Shown: positions 13,655-26,869 of the stretch, piece after piece
How positions within the stretch are numbered: position 1 is the first letter of the stretch
Layout: each line of letters begins with the position of its first letter
Assembly (NCBI GenBank): GCA_951406725.2
Contig: OX597831.1
Span: forward strand, 21,638,001 to 21,702,000
Source of the DNA: Octopus vulgaris
Lineage: Eukaryota
Reading direction: 5' to 3'
DNA: 64,000 bases
The notes under the pieces: generated by a model
Database searches by the model: none
What the model saw: only the letters and a program-made list of their open reading frames with translations
Told to the model about the DNA's origin: nothing
Program-made: the position numbers and the translations under genes

Positions 13655-13759
13655 CATATATATATATACATATATATATATATAGGTACATATACATGTT
13701 TCAAATATTCCACGATAGGTATGTAAAAGCCGACAGAGAGATCGATCGAACGATCGATC

Positions 13760-13808
<49 letters not shown>

Positions 13809-14151
13809 AGATATATCATCTATCATCTATACCGTTATCTACAACCACGAAAACCTCAGGAATAACATGCCAGTTCCGGTTTCACATTAAATCAACAAAA
13901 CATTCTCACGTTGATGAGATTATTTTTTCTGCAGAAATAAATTATCATTTCACAAAAGTTAATTAGTAAAACCAACAAACAGTTTGATTTAAGTGTTAAA
14001 TATACACATCTCTCTACTTGACACCATCTCCAGATGAGTGCAATACAAATTGAGCGACCACGGAATTTTTCTCTACTTGTCGTTTTTGCTGTAGTTTAAC
14101 ACTATTATTGGTCTTAAGTGACAAGTCATACATTTTCTAAATTTACTGCAG

Positions 14152-14389
14152 GACAGTGAAAATCGAAAAAGTCGATATGTGTGAATCAAATTCAGTCTTA
14201 TTTGAATTTCCTCTGTATATATCTCATTCTGACGAATCCCAGATGAACCCGTCGGATCTAAATTCGATGAATGTTCCTGAGTATTTACAATCCAGCGGTC
14301 CCAGCATAAGAGGCGACTCTAGTTCGGTTTCACTCACGAGTATTCAAAGTCTAGTAAGTTCTCTAAGAGAAATTCCATTTTCGAGCTGA
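14152..14389 (+). CDS. Candidate terminal coding exon (TVKIEKVDMCESNSVLFEFPLY...EIPFSS*), unknown product
   Basis: Acceptor ttttctaaatttactgcAG at 14151; 78-codon non-repetitive open frame to TGA, unusual in this AT-rich context. Confidence 0.35.
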
Positions 14390-14482
14390 GGGGAATATGA
14401 TTCGGCTGGGTGTCCTCCATTAATCCACGCCATTTTAGAGTACCCGCAGATATATATGATCTGATTATGACGTCATTCTAAT

Positions 14483-14871
14483 TGGATTTGGAAGCACTCC
14501 GTCGGTTACGAGGACGAGGGTTCCGGTTGATCCGATCAACGGAACAGCCTGCTCGTGAAATTAACGTGTAAGTGGCTGAGCACTCCACAGACACGTGTAC
14601 CCTTAACGTAGTTCTCGGGGATATTCAGCGTGACACAGAGAGGGACAAGACCGGCCCTTTGAAATACAGGTACAAAAGAAACAGGAAGTAAGAGTGAGAG
14701 AAAGTTGTGGTAAAAGAGTACAGCAGGGATCACCACCATCCCTGCCGAAGCCTCGTGGAGCTTTAGGTGTTTTTGCTCAATAAACACTCACAACGCCCGG
14801 TCTAGGAATCGAAACCGCGATCCTCCGACCGCGAGTCCGCTGCCCTAACCACCGGGCCATTGCGCCTCCAC
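14483..14871 (-). mobile_element. SINE family C (tRNA-derived), tail type 1, with 12-bp TSD
   Basis: Head GGAGGCGCAATGGCCCGGTGGTTAGGGCAGCGGACTCGCGG...GGTTTCGATTCC; TSD cgtcattctaat at 14471-14482 and 14872-14883. Confidence 0.92.
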
Positions 14872-15117
14872 CGTCATTCTAATATGGTGATATGAACTGT
14901 AATTATGTAAGTTGGAGTAACTTATCGGGTTCCTACTCACTAACCCTTTCAATGACTGTTTCAAAAAGAACCTAACTCGAGGTTTTACATTGCCTTTATC
15001 ACAGAAAGTTTTTTAGTTCAGCCCCTAATGATATTTTAGGAATTTCAAACTAGTTATTCACAATATAGTTCCTTGTCTAAAATAGTAGGGTTTGTCTCTA
15101 GAGAAATTTCACTGTCT

Positions 15118-15350
15118 TTCTTATTTCTTTACTGCCCACAAGGGGCTACACAGAGGGGACAAACAAGGGCAGACAAACGAATTAAATCGAGTATATTAAC
15201 CTCAATGTGTAACTGGTACTTATTTAATCGACCCCGAAAGGATGAAATGCAAAGTCGACCTCGGCGGAATTTGCACTCAGAACGTAGCGGCTGACGAAAT
15301 ACCGCTAAGCATTTCGCCCGGTGTGCTAACGTTTCTGCCAGCTCGCCGCC
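15118..15350 (-). mobile_element. SINE family B monomer
   Basis: Reverse complement matches 5030-5260. Confidence 0.88.
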
Positions 15351-15625
15351 TTTCTAGTAGCTTTTCTGTCTTTCTAATAGCTTTCAGGTCTTTCGTAATT
15401 GCAGGCTTATTGGTTCGATGCTGTTGTTTCTGACCAAATCACAGCAGACATAACACAGCACTCCTATATTCAAACCCTATTCTATTTGTAACCATTTCGT
15501 CTGATTGCCGTATAACTATTATTCAAAGTTTCTACTGCAAAATCAACCCTTATCCTCCAATTAACAGAATGAGATAAAAAAAAATCCAATGTAGTGAAAA
15601 TTTTCAGAACATTTATGAAGAGAAG

Positions 15626-15673
15626 GTCTTACAGCTGTTTCCGGGATATATTATATATCCCTTCATCAGAGAC
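15626..15673 (-). ncRNA. Intact minimal type-I hammerhead ribozyme
   Basis: Minus strand: GTCT CTGATGA A GGGATATA TAA TATATCCC G GAAA CAGCTG TA AGAC. Perfect core boxes, 4-bp stem I, 8-bp stem II, palindromic stem III, GUA site. Confidence 0.88.
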
Positions 15674-15727
15674 GGTGCGGGAAATGTTTGAATAAAAGTT
15701 GTTATAGAGAAGATATGAAATAGAGAG

Positions 15728-15788
<61 letters not shown>

Positions 15789-16299
15789 GTCTCTCTATGT
15801 TTATGTGTGTGTATGTGTGTAAGTGTTTGTGTTGTGTGTATGTGTGTAATTGTGTGTGTGTGTTTCTATATACACACGTTTTAGCACATGTGTAAGAATT
15901 ATATTAAACCAAACCGCTTATGCTGTGGCAATATTTTATCTCGATTTCCCATATTTAAATTTAAGTTCCTCATTTATATTTAACATACTCCTAAACACTA
16001 GCGCTCACACACAGACATAAAGAATATAAACATGTATTTGAGATCTAACCTATTATCTTGCTTCATTTAAAGATGTCTCCTAAGAAATATTTACAACCAT
16101 TCCCTTCGTTAATGAAGTGCCAAAGGACGATTTATTGATATATATACTGCCTGTACATGCTAAGGTAGTTTGTTCTCATTGTTTTTGTTATTCTTCCTTC
16201 CTGATATCTCTAGGCAATATTACCAGTAAATTGAGGTTTTTAAAATCGTTATAGACACCGAACGAAAATCTACCGTTCCTCTGCATAAGTTTGAAAATG

Positions 16300-16910
16300 C
16301 GATGGTAATTGTCCTTATGTCAGTACCAAAAAGAGACGAATCTCATGCGCCTCCAGCTAATAGGTAGGACGCAAACATTCAAACAGCTATCGACCCTTTT
16401 GTATACTAACAAAAAAATACCTCATGCCAAGAAAAAATTATGAATCTTCTGCTCACAATAGCATACCCTTTCATATTAAACTGAATGTTATATGGAAATT
16501 ATTGCCAGGTAATAATGCTTCCATGCCACCACGGAATCATTGTAGACCTATGCCAAATAATTAAAGCCAGAGCTTAATGTCTCCTATACACGCCATGTTA
16601 AAACAGTTCTGTATAAACTAGGGGGAAAGTAGAGAGTATAGCTGTCTGCTATAATCTCTATAAACATTTAACCATTTAGAAACGGACAAAGAGTTTTAAA
16701 TACTCGTTTTGTTTAGCTTTTGATGTTCAGCTTTTTTGGAATTGCTTAGAAATAATTCAGAATATGTGAAAGAAAACAACGCGTTTTCTGATGCTTGAAC
16801 GTATAGGTTGAAGTCTGTCCTTCATTGATGAGGACAGAATAAGATCGAAGCACGTATAAAGTTATCTCCCGTATTTGGTAGAAGAAGCACATTCATCATA
16901 GCCGCGATAA
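16300..16910 (+). mobile_element. Very degraded Penelope-like element 3' portion (endonuclease C-terminus and pLTR remnant)
   Basis: TESL*TYAK*LKPELNV near 16530-16580 resembles the PLE E..I...KP.LN end motif; downstream TTGATGAG..CGAAG CACGTA is a hammerhead-like relic; an inverted homolog lies at 17480-17606. Confidence 0.4.
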
Positions 16911-17629
16911 TGTATAGCTTGCAAACGCTAATGTCATAAGGCAGAGAAAGAGAAAGGAGACAAAAGAGAGAGAGGGGGGAGAGAGACAGATAGACAAACA
17001 GACATATTACACTTAAATGACATATAAAAATGCTTGGGAATTTCTACCAGACATGACTCAAGAATAGTAATAGAAACGTACGGATGTACATCAGCGATCT
17101 TTCCAGCCACAGTACCCGCGCTCTGTTTTAAAAATATACTTCCTTATATGGGTACAAGGTCTGAAATTTTAGTAAGAGGGAGCTCGTCGACCACTTTGAA
17201 CCCAATGATGAAACTGGTAGTTATTTTATCGACAAAGAAATAATAACGATATCACGAACGGGAAATCAGTGATATTAAGACAAAGTGTTATTGCAAATAA
17301 CAGCAAAGCTATTGCATGTCTCCACGCATAACATCAGAACATTCAACGAGCAGATCAATTAGCCCTGCATATTACGTTTCGTATGTTCTACCATTATAAA
17401 GATGTAATATTCATCAAGGTACTAATAATAAATTGATCGTAAAAATCACTAATTAGGAAACATTATGTGCTGAGGGGAAAACATCATTATGGCTACGACG
17501 AATGAGAAGCGTTTGTGTTCTAACAACTATGGGAGATAAATTTATATGTGCTCCGAACATACTCTTCCCTCATCAATGAAGTTTTTCTAAGCAATTCCAA
17601 AAGCTTCAGGTTAAGAAATATACGAAAAT

Positions 17630-18180
17630 TGTATTGGCTGTAATTACAGCTTGAATTTCCAAGCTATAACCCCCAGATCATCGCAGATCCTCCTCCATGT
17701 TTAACAGTTGGAGGATGGCAGTTTGTGTCAAATGCTTTTTTTTTTCTATCGCTGTCTCCACACATATACTCCGCCGGTGATCGGAAATAAGGTAAAGGAT
17801 TACTCGTCCGAGAAAATAACATTCTTCCACTGCTCTCGGGACTAATTCTCTAGGCTTGTACTTTTGTGATCCTTTCTAACAATTCGCGTAAGTGACCGAC
17901 GATCCCTATATGAAAGTTTTGTTTTTTTTCCGGAGTTTTGTTTTGACGAGGAGGTTTTTCCCTCTTTCTTAGATCTGTCATTACTTTCGAGGCACTACTT
18001 CTTGATAAACCAAACATTTCGGCTGTTTTCTTTACGCTAGCGCCTGCCATAAGAGATCCAACCATTTGACCACTTTGAAAGTCCGATAGATCTGTCATGT
18101 TAATGAATTTTAATTGCCTTTTTCTGATGATATCTGAAGAAACAGCAATTTTAACAAAACTTATTAAGCAACACTAATAA
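17630..18180 (-). mobile_element. Tc1-like transposon remnant (N-terminal part, internally deleted)
   Basis: ORF 17850-18098 MTDLSDFQSGQMVGSLMAGASVKKTAEMFGLSRSS (Tc1 HTH), then a WKNVIFSDE-like segment and a jump to the IQAVITA C-terminus. Confidence 0.85.
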
Positions 18181-18369
18181 CACTAGTCAATAGACAATTT
18201 TCATCAGGGATATTATATGTTTTTTTTATATGTAGTTTTGTCTGCAGATTTCAAAAATGTAATCGGTTTCCTTCTATCAGGCACAGTTTTTCTGATGGTC
18301 GAATTGTTTCTCGGTTGAGAAAAGGCAAATAAAATCTGATGGATTTTTCAGTTTGTTTAAGAGCCTTTT

Positions 18370-18858
18370 AGATCTGATGTAGAGATTTTCTTTTGCTTTT
18401 TCTGACAAATTGGCCTTACCTCATTATATAAAACATATAACTGATATCTTCGTGGACAATATTTCTGACTGTTCCTTCTGACACATGAAGGTCTTTTTCA
18501 GTTGACCTCATGGTCTTTCTGGGGTCGTAACCAACTTACTGGATAAATTCAGATGTTCCGATGATTTCATAGCTTTTTATACTTTTTATGCTTTGATACT
18601 GGTGATACGTTTCCATCTTCAATCTCTAACTCCTTACAAATTTTGTAGACGAAAGATCGGGAAACTTTTTAAAAATCAAGATATTTCTAAACTGCTATAC
18701 TCAGCTTTTATAAGTACAATAACAGCGTACCTCTTTATTTCTTGAGTATACTGAGGGTTTACCATTACTATTTTCTGAAACAAAGATTATAGAGAGTGTG
18801 CAGAAAAGGCAGCAATGACCCCAAAAAATGTATGTCCTCAAATACCTTACACACCCTA
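18370..18858 (-). mobile_element. Tc1/mariner-superfamily remnant, 5' end
   Basis: Minus strand begins TA-GGGTGTGTAAGGTATTTGAGGACA (TIR-like) and encodes YAVIVLIKAEYSSLEIS*FLKVSRSFVYKI (HTH-like). Confidence 0.6.
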
Positions 18859-19401
18859 TATATATAGAAATATATATATACATATATGTGTACCTGTTAG
18901 TTGTGAATTGCATTAATAGTTAACGATTCAGATACTGTACTGTCTTTCCGCTGACAAGTCATTTAGTATTAATGAAGACTCTTATCTAGTGTGAACGACC
19001 GCCAATAAATAATTTTCACTGAATTCTAGAGATTACACCATGTTTGATTAAGCTGAGACCAGGAGAGATTAAATAACTTTGATTATTCATTAATTTATTG
19101 TCCATGGAAATTATATTTCAGAAAACGAAAAAAAGAAAAGAAAAGAAAAGAGACAGGCAAAACAGAACTAATCAGGAAAAGTAAAGAACAAAACGAAAAG
19201 AAATATGGCGGACAAACAGACAAACAGATCTCGAGATTACTGTGCGATTAGTAAACGGAAATACTAGTATCGGCTGAGCAGAAGTCTAAATTACTTTTGT
19301 TGTTTTTGTTGCAGAGATTAAATATCTAGCATTGAGCAATGATCTTGCAATGAACAATTGGTTCATATTATTTTTCGTTGAGATATTAATTTCTACCGCT
19401 A

Positions 19402-20458
19402 AGACGACGAACGGACAGAATCGTTAGCACGCTGGGCAAAATGCTTAGCAGTATTTCGTCCGTCATGCTTTTAAATTCCGTCGGGGTAGACTTTGTCCTT
19501 CATACTTTCGCAGTCGAGAAAATAAGTACCACTTAAACACCAGGCTCGGTTCAATCGACTTAGTCACACTCCAAATCTGCTGGTCTTATACAAATTTGCG
19601 ACCGGCAGAAACGTTAGCACGCCGGGTGGAATGCGTAGCCGTATTTCGTCTGCGTTATGTTGTGAGTTCAAATTCCGCCGAGGTCGACTTTGCCTTTCAT
19701 CCTTTCGGGGTCGATAAATTAAGTACCAGTTACGCACTGGGGTCGATGTAATCGACTTAATACCTATGTCTGTCCTTGTTTGTCCCCTCTGTGTTTAGCC
19801 CCTTGTGGGTAATAAAGAAATAGGTATTAGTTTCTACTTCTTGCGCGTCAGAAATATTTATTGTTATTCAAGGCGACGAGCTGGCAGAAACGTTAGCACG
19901 CCAGGTGAAATGCTTAGCGGTATTTCGTCTGCGGTTACGTTCTGAGTTCAAATTCTGCCGAGGTACACTTTGCCTTTCATCCTTTCGGGGTCGATTAAAT
20001 AAGTACCAGTTACGCACTGGGGTCGATATAATCGACTTAATCCGTTTGTCTGTCCTTGTTTGTCCTCTCTGTGTTTAGCCACTTGTGGGTAGTAAAGAAA
20101 TAGGTATTTCATCTGCCGCTACGTTCTGAGTTCAAATTCCGCCGATGTTGACTTTGCCTTTCATCCTTTTGAGGTCGATTAAATAAGTACCAATTACGCA
20201 CTGGGGTCGATATAATCGACTTAATCCGTTTGTCTGTCCTTGTTTGTCCCCTTGTGGGCAGTAAAGAAACAGGCATTTCGTCTGCCGTTACGTTCTGAGT
20301 ACAAATTCCGTCGAGGTCAACTTTGCATTTCATTCTTTCGGGGTCGATAAATTAAGTACCAGTTACACTCTGGGGTTGATATAATCGACTTAATCCCTTT
20401 GTCTGTCCTTGTTTGTCCTCTCTATGTTTAGCTCCATGTGGGCAATAAAGAAATAAGA
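19402..20458 (+). mobile_element. SINE family B cluster and tandem multimer (about 5 units)
   Basis: Repeated gactttgcctttcatcctttcggggtcgat..aagtaccagttacgcactggggtcg; internal units joined at gtaaagaaa(t/c)agg(t/c)atttc. Confidence 0.92.
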
Positions 20459-21307
20459 AATATTTAGTGTTATCTGTTTATTATCACTTTTACTAACAGA
20501 TGTCGTTCGTCCCGACGGAACGACCGAAGTGGTTGAACTGCTTGGCGTTAATGCCAACTTCTCGGTAGATCAGAACTAGGGCAAGGTAACGAGCTGGGTT
20601 GCTATGTCTTATCAACCCTGCTCGTTACGAACCGAAATTAAGTTATGAACCGAGGGTAAGTTATTTCTGAAGACGTTGCGCAGGAGTAGGAAATGTCTTT
20701 ATCATCTGTTATGATTTCCTGCCTGGCTTCATTTTCTCCATCTAGTTTCCATCCAACCTGATGACAGCATCTGGTTTTCAACTTCTCGTTGAAGGCGGTG
20801 CATCTCGCGCCAGCTCATATTCTGTATATTTATGCTGACGCTGCTGATACGCAGGGACGCACACCGGTTACATCAACTGCGGAGATTTTCGGATGGTAAG
20901 CACGTTTGGATATATATTTTTCTGGGACACATCACATTTTTGGAGCTTCGTTCCTGAGTCAAGCTAAGAATAAACCTGGATAAGTAGAACCTGGGATGTG
21001 ATCAGACTGTCATCGACCTCTATCTGAGTGACAAGAAATGGTAAAGTTTCGTTCCAGCAAACCATATATGCTTAGATGTTGGATATAGTGACGACATTGG
21101 GATATCTGGCCGTCACCGAAAGTGCACATGCTAATCATTCCTTAAGGACTTCCAGAATGGAAACTTAAAGATAATTTCTAGAAACCCATGATTGCAATGC
21201 TACAGACGGGTCGCAATGTTTCGAGATAAACATTATCACTGATGATTAATACTTATAATCTTCTTCTTCTTCTTCTTATTATTATTGTTGTTGTTGTTGT
21301 TGTTGTT

Positions 21308-21492
21308 AAGAGAACAGCGCATGCCATCAAAATGACACCCGAATACAAAAATACGAAACTGAGTTTACCTGTCATGAACACCCGTGTCTGATAAGTGTAC
21401 ACAAACCGCACGCAACGCAACCATAAGTGAGTGGCATGGTGATCTCATATCAAAATAAACAGCGCATGACCTTGCAGGTGGGGCTTAGTTCG

Positions 21493-21493
<1 letters not shown>
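21308..21493 (-). mobile_element. Family D fragment ((AAT)n-embedded non-coding repeat)
   Basis: agagaacagcgcatgccatcaaaatgacac...ggtgatctcatatc homologous to 46378-46560. Confidence 0.7.
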
Positions 21494-21566
<73 letters not shown>

Positions 21567-21617
21567 CCACCACCATCATCATAATCACCATCACTATCAT
21601 CATTATTATTATTAATT

Positions 21618-22250
21618 TAAGTCACGGTCGTTCTAATTCTTGGTAGAGCTTATGTGAGTAGCGGGATATTACCTTGGTATCCGCAAGCTTTCAATAGTAT
21701 TCCAAGTCCATAAGACTTTTCTGGCAATTGTTCTTGTTCTTAAGAGGCAAAATTTCTGTAAAAGGTCTACTGGACATTCTATACCAATATTCTTCGACCA
21801 TTTGACTACATCTTTACTTGCAGTTCCAATGGTCCAGTGGTTAGGGCAGCGGACTCGCGGTCGGAGGATCGCGGTTTCGATTCTCAGGCCGGGCGTTGGG
21901 TGTGTTTATTGAGCAAAAATACCTAAAGCTCTACGAGGCTCCGGCAGGGGGGTGGTGGCTTCCCCTGTTTTGCTCTTTCATCCCAACATTCTCTCACTGT
22001 TTCTTCATGTTTCTTGAGTAACGCTGCGATGGACTGGCGTCCTGTCCAGCTGGGGGTAACACATACGCCATAGAAACCGGGAAACCTGACCCATGAGCCT
22101 GGCTAGGCTTGAAAAGGGCGCATAAAGAAAAAAAATTGACTACATCTTTACTTGCAGTTCCTAATGCACCAATCATTACAAGCACAACCTTTACAGATTA
22201 TGTACGCGAAATTCTTGTAACTTCAAATTCTGAGGATTATTATCAATAAT
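21618..22250 (-). mobile_element. R4/Dong-clade LINE 3' remnant, interrupted by a SINE
   Basis: After removing the SINE and one TSD: VKVVLVMIGALGTASKDVVKWSKNIGIECPVDLLQKFCLLRTRTIARKVL, the RLE-domain C-terminal motif; flanked by (AAT)-type repeats. Confidence 0.75.
21828..22135 (+). mobile_element. SINE family C, tail type 2, with 26-bp TSD
   Basis: tRNA-like head; tail gcgatggactggcgtcctgtccag...A-rich end; TSD ttgactacatctttacttgcagttcc at 21802-21827 and 22136-22161. Confidence 0.92.
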
Positions 22251-22469
22251 ATTTATAAGCCAACATGTTGCTTTTGTACGTCCGTACCTGTGGTGTGTGT
22301 CACACTTCCCTCAAAGAAAGAAATGAGTAGCAAAGCCGGAGAGAGGAGGACGGAGAGGCAGCAAAAGAGAAAGAGAGAGAGAGAGAAGTTGCAAATAATG
22401 TCGTTATCGTTCTCCTTGCCTTCATTCTGTCGTAGATTGCTTTTTGCCCATCTGCTGTCATGTCACCAT

Positions 22470-22523
<54 letters not shown>

Positions 22524-22591
22524 CACTACTACTACTACTACTTCTACTAGTGTTACTGCTGCTGCTACTACTACTACTACTACTACTTTTT

Positions 22592-22627
<36 letters not shown>

Positions 22628-22637
22628 AACCACCACC

Positions 22638-22701
<64 letters not shown>

Positions 22702-22715
22702 GTAGTAGTAGTAAT
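22470..22715. repeat. (TAC)n/(CAC)n microsatellite
   Basis: Direct reading. Confidence 0.95.
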
Positions 22716-23482
22716 AGTATCAGCAGAAGCGGCAGTACTTTTGGTGGTGGTGGTGTATGCAGTACTCTTGTGCATCTTAAGCAGTGATCGTATATATGAT
22801 GTAATTATTTTTCCCCGTTGCGAACGAATGTGGAAATACGATATTAGAAAAGATTAATTGGAAAATGCTGACAAGACAAAGAGAATAAAGAAGCAAAAGA
22901 ATATAGAGATATATAGAAATATAAATGGAAGAAGAGTAAGAGAGAAAGAGACAAATGAGGGTTGATATAAAGGAAAAGGAGTGAAGAAGAAAAATTTTTT
23001 TTATAAAAATGAGCTTTGCCTTTGCCTTCAGTCAGCAATACAAGTAACTGCACGGATGATTATCTCCCTTAAATGACCAAAATATATTATGCTATGTCTC
23101 CATATTGTCTTAACGAGATGCATCTTATCGGATCTAGAAAATGCTTGCCGAGAGGCATAAATTGCTGCTGCTGCTGCTATTGGATGCTGTCGCTCTTGTT
23201 GTTTATCCCCCAAAGCCAGGTCTGATCGACAAAATAAAAAAACAAAAAAAACAAAAAAACAAAACAACCTATATGATCAAAAACGTTTCATGTGTCGCCA
23301 TCTTTATTTTGATTTATTTTAATTTCACTATCTACCTGTAACCTAAGGCGGCGAGATAGCAGAACCTTTAGACTGCCGAGAAAAAAAAAAACACGCCTAG
23401 CAGCATTTCGTCCCAACTTTGGGTTCTGAGTTCAAATTCTGCACTTTACCTGGCGTACTAGCGATTCTGCCAGCTCGCCACC

Positions 23483-23483
23483 T

Positions 23484-23540
<57 letters not shown>

Positions 23541-23699
23541 CAGCAGCAGCAGTAGTAGTAATAGTAATAGTAGTAGTATAGAAGTTGTAGTAGTAGTAGT
23601 AGTAGTTGTAGTAGTAGTAGTAGTGGTAGTAGTAGTAACAGTAGCAGCAGCAGTAGCAGTAACAGTAGCAGTAGTTGTAGTAGTAGTAGTAGCAGCAGG

Positions 23700-23734
<35 letters not shown>

Positions 23735-23861
23735 TAGCAGTAGTAGTAATGGTGACATGTTTTATGGACCCCTTGGTAGTAGTAGTAGTCGTCGTCGTCG
23801 TTGTCGTAGTAGTAGTAGAAATAGTAGTAGTTGTAGTAGTAGTAGTAGTAGTAGCAGCAGG

Positions 23862-23893
<32 letters not shown>

Positions 23894-24005
23894 TCGATTT
23901 CGGTGAAATTTGAACTCGGACGAAATGCCGATAAACATTTTGCTCGGCGTGCTAACGATTCTGCCATGAGGATGCCTTAGTAGTTGTAGCAGCAGCACCA
24001 GCAGC

Positions 24006-24041
<36 letters not shown>

Positions 24042-24073
24042 CGTCGTCGTCGTTGTCGTAGTAGTAGTAGAAA

Positions 24074-24156
<83 letters not shown>

Positions 24157-24175
24157 ATGATGATAATAATAATAA
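23483..24175. repeat. (GTA)n/(GCA)n compound microsatellite with internal block duplications and SINE-B scraps
   Basis: Direct reading; gtcgtcgtcgtcgttgtcgtagtagtagtagaaatag occurs twice. Confidence 0.9.
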
Positions 24176-24422
24176 GGTGATGATGGCAAGAAGAAATTAT
24201 TTATGGTACCCGAAATAATAAAAAAATTGTATTTGAAATCAGAATACAGACCACCAGAGCGAACGACTCCACGAATTTTTCCTATTGTTTACACAATCCT
24301 AATATTTCGGCATATCGTCTGATGTTTCATGTTTCAGTACAGGATCAGCAATTTAAAGAGGCGAGAATTAAGAGATATTCTCGATCCTAGTACTTGAATG
24401 GTACTTTATTTTATCGACCTTA

Positions 24423-24845
24423 GGCGTAGGAGTGGCTGTGTGGTAAGGAGCTTCCTTGCGAACCACATAGTTCTGGGTTCAGTCCTACTGCGTGGCACCT
24501 TGGGCAAGTGTCTTCTTCTATAGCCTCGGGCCGATCCAAACCTTGTAAGTGGATTTGGTAGAGGGAGACTGAAAGAAGCCCGTCGTATATATGTATATAT
24601 ATATATATATATATGTATGAACGTGTATATAATTGTGTGTCTGTGTTTGTCCACCCACCATCGCTTGACAACCGATGCAGGTGTGTTTACGTCCGCGTGA
24701 CTTTGTGGTTCGGCAAAAGAGACCGATAGAAGAAGTACTAGGCTTACAAAGAATAAGTCCTGGGGTCGATTTGCTCGACTAAAGGCGGTGCTCCAGCATG
24801 GCCACAGTCAAATGACTGAAACAAGTAAATGAGAAAGTGAGTAAA
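24423..24845 (+). mobile_element. SINE family A, full-length, nested in an old minus-strand SINE-B
   Basis: GGCGTAGGAGTGGCTGTGTGGTAAG head; SINE-B pieces (gtactttattttatcgac / gaaaagatgaaagc) flank it. Confidence 0.9.
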
Positions 24846-26257
24846 TGTGACGTCGAAAAGATGAAAGCCAACGTCAAGCTAGATGGAATTTAAAATCAAA
24901 AGAGCAGAGCCCCGATCGAATAAGTCAAGGAGTTCTATCCGACGTGCTTAATATTTTTCGATTTTGCCTTTTGTTACACTGTATTATAGAGTTGCGTGAG
25001 TTGTGAAAATATGCTTGATGAAGTAATGGTCTCGCGGATTTTAATCTATACATACAGAAATATGATGCATCAAATTATAAATATATACAACGAGAGGACA
25101 GACGTAAAATGTTGAAGATGGTGTTAGAGCCATGATATGATTAGGTTTTGAAAGTTATGCATATGTAGCATAATTATGTTATGTACGGGCATTAATAATC
25201 AGAGAGTTTTATCTTAGCTTATATAATTAAGTTACGTAAATATACATTCTGAGTTCCAGTTGAAAGAATTCTAGAATTCTTGCAAATTTGAGAGATAATG
25301 TACTGAAAATTATCAAACGGTATTGAGTGAGAACTGTTAGAATTTACAAAATTAGAGAGAGATAGCTGCGAAAGTAGATGCATGCACTTAGTTACATAGT
25401 TATAGATAATATTTTGGCAGTAGATTTACGGTGGACATAATCGCTACATACAAAATAGCAGTTGTAATATAGTTACAGACAGATACACCTAAAAGTAGGT
25501 GAATTATGCATTTAAACTCGTAAGGCGAACCGTATTGAGACAGAGTCCTCACTGCTGATACATGATGTATTAATGGGGACTCAATAATTTGTAGATAGAA
25601 TTGACAGACTCAGGGTTAGTATTCAAAAATACATGTCCCTATTGTAGAAGGTTATTAATAAGGGAATCTAAATTATGAACACTGAAAGTATATGGCACAT
25701 AGAATATAGTTATTGTTATTTTAGCATATGTGTACAAAGAAACATATATACACACATTGCAGACTTGCACCTGTGTATTTCTCGCTGGTGAGTCACATAC
25801 CAAAACATCAGGATCCTCGGATTCCTTGTACTAATGAACCTCGTGTTTCATGAAAACACTGCCGTAACAATTCCTGATCCGATATTTTGTACAAATGCAA
25901 GCACATAGACAAATTACTATTGTCCAAATGGAGGACGCCACCCTCACTGGATTAAATAGCCATCTCACAAATTTGACCGCATAATCTTTATATTATTCTA
26001 CATCCGCTAGATTGATCCAGATTTCTGCAGACAAACAGGACGATAATCTTGGTTTTCATTTCTCTTCTTCTTCAATATTTATGTCAACTATCTTCGTGGT
26101 TGTCTTGTCGTTTTCGTCATGTTTATTCCTAGACCAATCTCCTGGATTTTAAGTAGGTATTCACAGAGACTGAAAGAATATATGGCACGGTATAAATCTC
26201 TACAGCATGAAACTATCAGTAGCAATTTTATTATGTTCCGCCTATATTAAATGGAAT

Positions 26258-26363
<106 letters not shown>

Positions 26364-26615
26364 GTATATGTATATATATGCATAGTGTAATATAATGTAA
26401 TAAAATATAGAATGTTTTGTAGTAATATCCAACCAAGGAGAGTAGTCAATACACAAATACAATATTATGAGAAATTATCAGCTCATATGTTCTAACGGAG
26501 AATTGTCTCAAGCCGTTAGACGTACATGGTGTTTCTGAACATAATATAATGTGTTATTCGCAAGTAATAAAACTTAGTCGAATACCTGCGATATATAGCG
26601 TAGCGGTTATTCATT

Positions 26616-26672
<57 letters not shown>

Positions 26673-26674
26673 TG

Positions 26675-26707
<33 letters not shown>

Positions 26708-26749
26708 TCATCGAGATACAAAAAGAGAGGGATTGGGAAATGCCCATGT

Positions 26750-26822
<73 letters not shown>

Positions 26823-26869
26823 CATGTATATATGTATACATACATATGTATGTACATGTATGTGTATGC

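Noticed and set aside
14790-14871. tRNA gene calls at SINE heads (also 3450-3521, 21828, 24423, 38082)
   Set aside because: A and B boxes are present but the cloverleaf is incomplete and continues into shared SINE bodies.
19402-20458. Repeat-spacer-like periodicity suggesting a CRISPR array
   Set aside because: Whole ~175-bp units are repeated with no unique spacers; eukaryotic SINE multimer with no cas genes.
20500-21260. Possible RTE-type LINE remnant
   Set aside because: GC-richer and LINE-like in appearance, but no motif could be read with confidence.
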